From contig JAQBQZ010000014.1 of assembly GCA_028286725.1 (NCBI GenBank), positions 5,051 to 69,050 on the forward strand: DNA of 64,000 nucleotides. Direction: 5' to 3'. Shown piece after piece: positions 57,600 to 64,000 of this stretch (the stretch's first letter is position 1; each line of letters opens with the position of its first letter). The notes beneath the pieces are model-generated. The model was not told the DNA's origin and ran no database searches. It saw only the letters and a program-made list of their open reading frames with translations. Made by a program: the position numbers and the translations under genes. Source of the stretch: Candidatus Tayloriibacteriota bacterium. GTDB lineage: Bacteria > Patescibacteriota > Minisyncoccia > Phycocordibacterales > CAIRYW01.

Positions 57600-57850
57600 A
57601 AAAGATTGGCACTTCGTGCCCCTGCAGATTTGTACTCAAATGTGCTTTGGGGTCGCACGAAGTTTCGATTGAGAGGATTTTCATATAAAAAGTGATGGTC
57701 TACGTGGAGATTCGAAACTTACAGTTTCAGTATACCTTTTGAGTCTACGGGGAGATTCGGTCACAGATAATTTTCTGGTGAAAATTTCTGCGACCCCGAC
57801 TCCTCCGCCTTCGCGGAGTCCGTCTTTCGACTCATTTTTTAAAGCAATCC
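57600..57850. other. GC-rich non-coding stretch with direct repeats and long-range complementarity (decayed mobile DNA or structured RNA)
   Basis: Two about 20-nt direct repeats gtctacgNggagattcg (about 57698 and 57751). ggggtcgca (about 57649-57657) is complementary to tgcgacccc (about 57790-57798). Small hairpins ggcac-ttc-gtgcc and ctccgc-cttc-gcggag. No ORF above 30 aa. Confidence 0.3.
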
Positions 57851-58048
57851 CATTGCTTTAAAAATTCAAAATATCTTCGATATTTATGAGCCCATTGTAC
57901 CTTGAATGGAACACAGTAGAAAGCACGGTTTTAGAGTGGAAACAGGCTTTTGAACTTATGGGACGACAATGGATCGTTGCCTGATTCCTTTAAAACAAAG
58001 CCATTTTTGCGATATGCCGACTCGGCATCATTACCTCTCTGGGTATAG

Positions 58049-58492
58049 AACTCTATCATTATCAATGTATGTAAGGAAGTAGAGCACGGCATCCGTTTTA
58101 TTTACGCAGACAGCGCCGGAAAGTTTGAAAACATCGCACTGCAGAATGCTCTCAGCTCTGCAAACGATGGCAGAGGCGTTCCTTGCAAAGTGATCGAGGT
58201 AGTTTTCTCAAAAGAGAAAGACGAAATGGTGGGCAATTTGCGAGCTCACTTCGAGCAAGGGAAGATAAAGCTACCAAAGAAATATCGCGATGCCTTCTAC
58301 CAGTTTAAAAACTATCGATACCAAGAGGGCACCGACAAGCCAGTGAAGAAAGACGACCACATCCCCGACTCGACAATGTGCGCACTCCAGCACTTCAAAC
58401 TCGGACAGGTGAAATTAATCAGAACAGTGATTCACTTTCACCATTGGAGTTTTTGTAGCTTTTTATTGATATATTCTTTATTTGCAAGGTAA
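58049..58492 (+). pseudogene. Remnant of a phage terminase large subunit (C-terminal nuclease domain only)
   Basis: Open frame after a stop at 58046-58048 reads …GIRFIYADSAGKFENIALQNA…VIEVVFSKEKDEMVGNLRAHFEQGKIKLPK…KDDHIPDSTMCALQHF. The N-terminal ATPase domain is absent. Visibly GC-richer than its surroundings. Confidence 0.5.
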
Positions 58493-58555
58493 AAAGGGTG
58501 TTTTGCCATCAAACCCTATGGTGATTAACCGTGATTTTAAAGGGTGTATGGCAGT

Positions 58556-59227
58556 TCAAAAACTATCTTGTATGTTGGCGATCGCTGTCCGTCTTACGAT
58601 ATCCCGGAGTTCTTCATAAGTAAGTGAAATATCTAGAGATATCCTTCTTTTCTTACCTTTCTTGCCAAGACTGCTCGATGTGATAAATCCCCAGTCTGTA
58701 TACCCAGCACGTTTAATTTTATCTGCCTCATTAGGCAGGGAAAAACTATAATAATCCTCGCCGTGGACCGCTTGATTTCTTATTTCATAGAGAATCCTTA
58801 AAATAGAGCTAAACCTGAGACTGTGGTGCTTTGGACTTAGCAGGGTTCTTGTAAATCCTAATAAGATTTTTTCTTTATCTTGCTCTGAGGTAAAGGCAAA
58901 GAATCTTTTTATTGCATCAAACGATCCGATCGCATTTCTTCCAGTTTTCATTTTTGTAACTGCTTCAGCCAAAGCAATTAGGAAAATTATTTTAAGTGCA
59001 GGTCTATTTTGTCTTACTAGTTCTTGATCGTCCGCAATATCCAAATACCACTGAGCACGCAAAAGCATACGCCGAGTTTTTAATTTTCTTAAACACTTTT
59101 TTATAAACTTTTTACGCTCCTCCTTATCTGCAAGCAGCGGTGTCAAAAACTGATGGAGCTCAGTGTCTTCAACAAGCGCTTGTCTGGTTGCGTCCTCAAC
59201 AGGTTTCCATATAGATGAAGTTGCCAT
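58556..59227 (-). CDS. HEPN-like (Rx4H) all-alpha protein, Abi_2 / Swt1 / DUF4145-like; candidate effector
   Basis: 223 aa with the motif LYEIRNQAVHGE (R-x4-H, with Asn after Arg) in a predicted helical context. Starts 14 nt downstream of the 697-aa gene on the same strand. Confidence 0.5.
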   Translation of the reverse strand: MATSSIWKPVEDATRQALVEDTELHQFLTPLLADKEERKKFIKKCLRKLKTRRMLLRAQWYLDIADDQELVRQNRPALKIIFLIALAEAVTKMKTGRNAIGSFDAIKRFFAFTSEQDKEKILLGFTRTLLSPKHHSLRFSSILRILYEIRNQAVHGEDYYSFSLPNEADKIKRAGYTDWGFITSSSLGKKGKKRRISLDISLTYEELRDIVRRTAIANIQDSF

Positions 59228-59241
59228 GTGTTTACAATAAA

Positions 59242-61335
59242 TTATTTATTCCAATCTACAGGCTGGATATGAATATTTACACTCCTCATCTCATCATAGA
59301 GTTTTTTTAGTTCTGTTTTGACTCTTTCTTTATCCTCTTCAGGAACCTGAGCGTAGCTTTCAAATATCTTAGGAATGTCCCCGATGTATGTTCCACCCAC
59401 AAGCCATATCTTTTTGAGATTATTTACAAGTTTCAGTAACCTATCAGGTTCATTTGTCAGGAGAGCAACAATTTCCTCTGTTCCATTTACCCACGCTTGG
59501 TGCCTCTCCTCCGGATGATCTTTAAGGCGTATTTTCAGAAGCTCAGCCATTTTCTCAAACAGGTCTTTTGCGTCTTCTGGAGCAATAATCGCTAATTGCT
59601 CAAAAACCAGTCCAAACATCGAGGCGATGTCAGAGTCATAGCCGTTCGCCCAAAACAACAAAACATACTCTCGTATCTGATCGTAGGGCAACATCTTTTC
59701 TTCTAGCATTTTCCAAAAATGCCACGTAAGCGAAGACTTCAGGGCTGGTTTCCCATTAGCTATTTGATCTTTTAATATAGCTTCAAAAACTCTTGGGTTA
59801 AAAGTTCCCATTCGGGGAAAGTCATTCTTTCGAAATAATGCGAAGTATGGAATAAGTGCAGCTAGATCGTGTAAGACATCATCATGCTCGGTAGCAATGC
59901 AGGCATGTAATACCTCTTCCGCTTCTGCTTCTGTTAAATCTCTGAACATAAGAAAAATATTCAACAGCGCTTCTATTACGCGCGGATACTGAGCATTGTC
60001 TCGTAACATTTTTAAAGGCATCTTTCTTACAAGATCACGCTCCTCCTGTTTCCAATCAAAAGGATTTCCGTCTTGATTTTTTATGGCATCTTTTCTTTTC
60101 ACAAGTTCTATAAGGGGGTAGGTTGCTTGAGCACGAATGTAAAGATTATCTTCCAATACATAGCGTTGAATGATCTCAATTATTTCTGTGTAGTATTCTG
60201 GTTTATTCTTGGCAACTATTCGCGACATAAGCCAGCATAGATTTCCGCGCACAGTAGTTATATTCCGCACGTCTTCATTTCTTAAAGCTCGAGCATGATA
60301 ATTGTGTTCTCCCTCAGGATCGTCTGGGTCATTTGCACCAGACGGATTAGGGTTGGGGTCATTTTGAAGCATTCTTACTACCCACATTGCATCATCAATG
60401 CGCTCGTCAGGAAACTCTTGCGCAAAACGGATTAGGTTTTCTTTTGCGCCATTATCAGATAGCCAATCAAGGTTGCCAGAAGCTGTACCTACAGTTTTTA
60501 CAAAGTCGAAAGCGTTTTCGCTTTTATCATCAAGTTGGCTCCTCAGGTATCCCATAAGAAGTTTAAGGGCGTCAGGATTTTCTACATTCGCTCTTGCTTT
60601 TATTGCATCAACAACAGAACGATCAAAGATAAGTGAAAAGTTATTTTGATTTTCCTCAAAATATATCTTGTCTATATTTTCAAACTTTTCAAAATCAAAA
60701 GAAGAGAGTGCTCGAATAGCGGCATGAGTATCAACAAAGAACGCCCAATTTACTACCAATAAAACTCTTTCGTGGTCTTCCACATCAACTTGCTTATTTT
60801 TTGTAGGCAATTTATCAATGAAACTTGTTGTTGCTGCGCCCCTACTATCTACTGATCTGACACCATCACTGTACGACAGAGAAATATTTTCTAAGGATTC
60901 TATTTTATGAAACTTAAATCCCTCATGATCAAACTTTTTCACAGTCGGGTTATCTTTTATTCCTTTTTCTATAACATCTGCCATTATCACAGAATTAGCC
61001 TGCATCTGATTTTTCTTAAAAGAAAATCTGGGAGTATAAACAAGATATCCCTTCAACCCTCTCTTTTTAATTTCTTCTCTGAGTAGTCCTGTAAATTGGT
61101 GCCAAAATTGGCTCCGAGCGAGATCTTCTTCATTTTCAACAAGACGAAAAATCTCTACCGCAACTTTTTCGTTGTTTTCATTTTGAAGTTGATAGTCAAA
61201 GTTTTTTCCTGACTTTACAACAACATCTCTGTTCGTAATACCGTAAGTGAGTTGTCGATTTTGACTCAGATATTCTCTAAATCTTTCTATCGCTTCCTCT
61301 TCCCATTGATCTTTTGCCATTCCTGCATTATGCAA
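59242..61335 (-). CDS. Large uncharacterised protein (697 aa), partner of the HEPN-like gene
   Basis: N-terminal about 330-aa mixed domain, a Pro/Asn/Asp-rich linker (PNPNPSGANDPDDPEGEH), and a C-terminal about 330-aa helical-repeat region. No Walker A or other known catalytic motif. Confidence 0.5.
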   Translation of the reverse strand: MHNAGMAKDQWEEEAIERFREYLSQNRQLTYGITNRDVVVKSGKNFDYQLQNENNEKVAVEIFRLVENEEDLARSQFWHQFTGLLREEIKKRGLKGYLVYTPRFSFKKNQMQANSVIMADVIEKGIKDNPTVKKFDHEGFKFHKIESLENISLSYSDGVRSVDSRGAATTSFIDKLPTKNKQVDVEDHERVLLVVNWAFFVDTHAAIRALSSFDFEKFENIDKIYFEENQNNFSLIFDRSVVDAIKARANVENPDALKLLMGYLRSQLDDKSENAFDFVKTVGTASGNLDWLSDNGAKENLIRFAQEFPDERIDDAMWVVRMLQNDPNPNPSGANDPDDPEGEHNYHARALRNEDVRNITTVRGNLCWLMSRIVAKNKPEYYTEIIEIIQRYVLEDNLYIRAQATYPLIELVKRKDAIKNQDGNPFDWKQEERDLVRKMPLKMLRDNAQYPRVIEALLNIFLMFRDLTEAEAEEVLHACIATEHDDVLHDLAALIPYFALFRKNDFPRMGTFNPRVFEAILKDQIANGKPALKSSLTWHFWKMLEEKMLPYDQIREYVLLFWANGYDSDIASMFGLVFEQLAIIAPEDAKDLFEKMAELLKIRLKDHPEERHQAWVNGTEEIVALLTNEPDRLLKLVNNLKKIWLVGGTYIGDIPKIFESYAQVPEEDKERVKTELKKLYDEMRSVNIHIQPVDWNK

Positions 61336-61428
61336 TAAATATCTTCATATTTCTAGGAGTCATCATAGGTCTCAGTAAATGCTTTGTTTACTTCGTAATT
61401 TTCAGTTAAAAGTGCTAAACTCTTATTT

Positions 61429-63801
61429 ATGAATGAGGCATATTCACGCGTCATTATCGATAAGAAACTCAGAGAAGCTGGGTGGGATATTGAGGATCCT
61501 GCCCAAGTCATTTTTGAAGATCACGGTGATGCAGGACGTGCCGACTATGTGCTCAAGGATTCCTCTGGACATGCTATCGCCCTCATTGAGGCAAAACGCC
61601 CAGACGTAGATCCGTACAGCGCCAAGAAGCAGGCGTTTGATTATATTCAAGCTCAATATCCAAAAGTTCGCTTCATTTATCTTGCTAACGATAAGTTGGT
61701 GTATTTATGGGACCTCGATGGAGGAGGAGATGCGCAGATCGTGCCAGCTTTTTTCTCTCGTGAGGACTTAGTGCGTCGTCAGAGCTCACGAGCAATGAAT
61801 CTTGCAAAGAAGTTTAGCGAGGAGAAAGTCACAGAAGGATATTTCAGCGACGTAGCAGACAATGTCACTCTCCGACCATATCAACTCGCAGCATGGGAAT
61901 CGATAGCCGAAAATTATGATAAAGGTAAGCATGCATTCTTGCTCGAGATGGCAACGGGTACTGGCAAGACGGTTTTAGCTTCACTTATCATCTCGCGTTT
62001 TTTGCGTACCAATAATGCTCAGAATGTTTTATTTTTGGTGGACCGCAAATCTCTCGCAATTCAAACTAAAAATACTTTTGAGAAATTGCTTCGAGGTGTT
62101 TCTGCTGTCGGCACATACTGGGGATCAAACAGAAAAAACCTCACAGGTGCAAATGTTGTTGTCGCTACAATTCAGTCTTTGATGCTCCACGGTACTCGGG
62201 ACTTTTCTCCCGGCTATTTTGATTTGATTATTCACGATGAGGCGCATAGAAGCATTTACTCGCCTGAGGCACGTGCAGCTGTAGATCATTTTGTCGGAGC
62301 TACAAAGATTGGACTTACAGCAACACCTCGAGATTTCTTAAAAAATATTAGCGTAGAGAAACTTTCAGAGAAGGACCCTCGTAAATTGGAGCGCCGTGTG
62401 CAACGAGATACGTATCGATACTTCGGCTGCGATGATGGAGTGGCAACTTACCGATACACAATCCAAGATGGAGTAGCTGAAAAGTTTTTGATCCCACCGA
62501 AGTATCACAAGATGAATACTTCGGTCACTCAGCAGGCACTTTCGGAAGAAGGAATAACTGAGCTGTCGGACGTAGAACTTGAGGAGGGAGAAAGCATCAA
62601 GATCCGTGACCTTGAAAAGAAAGTACACTTTCCAGTTCGCAATCGCCGCATGATGGAGGAGTTTCTTGAGCATGCTCTTCGCACACCCGATGGAGAGATT
62701 GGTAAGACTCTTGTTTTTGCAGTATCACAGGATCATGCGCTGGCACTTGAAAAGATTTTGAATGAACTGAAACCCGAATACGGCGGCAGATTCGCTATGA
62801 CCATTACTTCACGTGTACAAGGAGCACATGACATCGCTAAAGACTTTGCTCGAGACACAAACAAACTTCCACGTATCGGTGTGACAGTAGACATGCTTGC
62901 TACAGGTTTTGATTGTCCTGAGATCTTGAACATCCTCTTTGCTCGCCCTATTTTCGATCCAATCACATATCAGCAGATCAAGGGTCGTGGTACACGGCTT
63001 TGCCCAGCGATCGGCAAGAAAGAGTTTGTTGTTTTCGACTTTTGTGGAGTCGTAGCCTACTTTGACGAAAAGTACGACTGGGAAGCTCCGGCGAGATTGG
63101 CGCGTGAGGGAGGCTTTGCCACGGGGTTGGCTAATGGAGCGATTGAAGGAGGTTCAAGCAACGTGAGCGAAAATGAGGGCATTTCTGAGCCTCGTGTGTC
63201 CCAAACCCCTGACGTAGTTCTCACCCGAGACGTTATGACCCTGCCTGAGGGCGACACTGTCGACCGAAATATGTACCGTGACGAATGGACGAAAGCGGTC
63301 CAGAGCTTCATGAGCAACAAGACCAAAATGGTATCTGGTGCACTCGAAGATCCAGAGAAAGTCGAGGAGCTCATCGAGGAAATCAACACCACCCTCCTAA
63401 ACAAACCTAGACTTTATTTCAATGAAGAAAACTTGCAGGAGTCACATCGCATTGTTGCTGGTATTCGTGAGTTCTTTTTGTCAGCGATCGGTCGGCAGTC
63501 ACTCCCGACTCGTGATGAGCAGCTAGCTTCATTCAAAGAAGCTCTCATAAACAAGTTTGCTAAGACAGACAATCCCGAGAGCTCTTTCAAAAGAGCTGTG
63601 ATGGTGGAGTTTATCGCAGACCAAGCAATTTCAAACGACAAGTTTCGAACTACGGTCCAAGCAAATCCAACTCTCGACTTCCTGCGGTGGGATGAGTTCG
63701 CTCAGGCATACTCCGTTACAGAATGGCTTGACGTATTTTCAAAAGAGGAGCTAACTGAGCTCGTGTCGGATATTTCAAACGCAAAGATTTTGACACTATA
63801 A
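61429..63801 (+). CDS. hsdR: Type I restriction enzyme R subunit-like (HsdR_N nuclease plus DEAH helicase)
   Basis: N-terminus …IIDKKLREAGWDIED…GRADYVLKDSSGHAIALIEAKRP… (HSDR_N PD-(D/E)xK). Helicase motifs MATGTGKT, LFLVDRKSLAIQ, IIHDEAHRS, TATPRD. GC-richer than flanking host genes. Confidence 0.75.
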   Translation: MNEAYSRVIIDKKLREAGWDIEDPAQVIFEDHGDAGRADYVLKDSSGHAIALIEAKRPDVDPYSAKKQAFDYIQAQYPKVRFIYLANDKLVYLWDLDGGGDAQIVPAFFSREDLVRRQSSRAMNLAKKFSEEKVTEGYFSDVADNVTLRPYQLAAWESIAENYDKGKHAFLLEMATGTGKTVLASLIISRFLRTNNAQNVLFLVDRKSLAIQTKNTFEKLLRGVSAVGTYWGSNRKNLTGANVVVATIQSLMLHGTRDFSPGYFDLIIHDEAHRSIYSPEARAAVDHFVGATKIGLTATPRDFLKNISVEKLSEKDPRKLERRVQRDTYRYFGCDDGVATYRYTIQDGVAEKFLIPPKYHKMNTSVTQQALSEEGITELSDVELEEGESIKIRDLEKKVHFPVRNRRMMEEFLEHALRTPDGEIGKTLVFAVSQDHALALEKILNELKPEYGGRFAMTITSRVQGAHDIAKDFARDTNKLPRIGVTVDMLATGFDCPEILNILFARPIFDPITYQQIKGRGTRLCPAIGKKEFVVFDFCGVVAYFDEKYDWEAPARLAREGGFATGLANGAIEGGSSNVSENEGISEPRVSQTPDVVLTRDVMTLPEGDTVDRNMYRDEWTKAVQSFMSNKTKMVSGALEDPEKVEELIEEINTTLLNKPRLYFNEENLQESHRIVAGIREFFLSAIGRQSLPTRDEQLASFKEALINKFAKTDNPESSFKRAVMVEFIADQAISNDKFRTTVQANPTLDFLRWDEFAQAYSVTEWLDVFSKEELTELVSDISNAKILTL

Positions 63802-63804
63802 ATT

Positions 63805-64000
63805 ATGGATACAATTTCACTCTACAAAAGCAGAATCGATGGATTGATGGACATACTCTTCGGAGCAGGAGTATCAAATCCTCAGACAATCATCGAGCAA
63901 CTAAACTATTTACTTTTTTTACGAGCTCTTTCAATCAAAGATGATGAGGCTGAGCTACTTGGAATTACAGATGAATCAGAAAAGATTTTTTCAGGAGAGC
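63805..64000 (+). CDS. hsdM: Type I restriction-modification methyltransferase subunit, N-terminus only (runs off the window)
   Basis: MDTISLYKSRIDGLMDILFGAGVSNPQTIIEQLNYLLFLRALSIKDDEAE resembles the HsdM N-terminal domain. Starts 4 nt after the hsdR stop. Confidence 0.5.
   Translation, partial: MDTISLYKSRIDGLMDILFGAGVSNPQTIIEQLNYLLFLRALSIKDDEAELLGITDESEKIFSGE

Noticed and set aside
57690-57775. Possible CRISPR array (two about 20-nt direct repeats with an about 35-nt spacer)
   Set aside because: Only two imperfect copies, repeats too short, and no further units or cas genes nearby.
57600-57850. tmRNA candidate (GGAGATTCGAA resembles a T-loop)
   Set aside because: No acceptor-stem pairing with a 3' CCA-proximal end, and no plausible resume codon with a tag peptide ending in ALAA-like residues.

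Overview
This is a low-GC (about 35-40% by eye) bacterial chromosomal segment that is mostly housekeeping and looks like a Candidate Phyla Radiation / Patescibacteria-type genome (inference). Supporting this are sparse Shine-Dalgarno sequences, many small membrane or secreted hypothetical proteins, an archaeal-type cytidylate kinase, a short ValRS, an expanded RNase P RNA, and GC-rich palindromic terminators standing out in AT-rich DNA. Confident genes are radC, rsmI, an ABC exporter, cmk, RNase J, an OppA-like binding protein, secG, rpmE, prfA, msrB, murI, rnpB (RNase P RNA), murJ, lepA, a glutaredoxin, tRNA-Arg(CCT) and a de novo purine block (purD, purN, purSL-purQ, purK, purE, purM, purC, purB, purF). 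Further along come a RlmI-like methyltransferase, tRNA-Phe(GAA, minus strand), hsp20, a PrsW-like protease, valS and tsaD. The last ~6.5 kb (57.6-64 kb) is a defence/mobile island. It holds a GC-rich repeat-bearing non-coding stretch, a phage terminase large-subunit C-terminal remnant, and a two-gene minus-strand cassette of a 697-aa uncharacterised protein plus a 223-aa protein with an Rx4H HEPN-like motif. Diverging from that cassette is a type I restriction-modification locus (hsdR, then partial hsdM). That cassette is the best candidate for an undescribed defence system. A diverged ~100-190-bp palindromic MITE-like element occurs three times (after cmk, after purQ, and apparently inside rnpB). 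Both tRNA loci carry partial inverted or direct duplications of their 3' ends. All calls come from reading the sequence and six-frame translations; no database searches were run.
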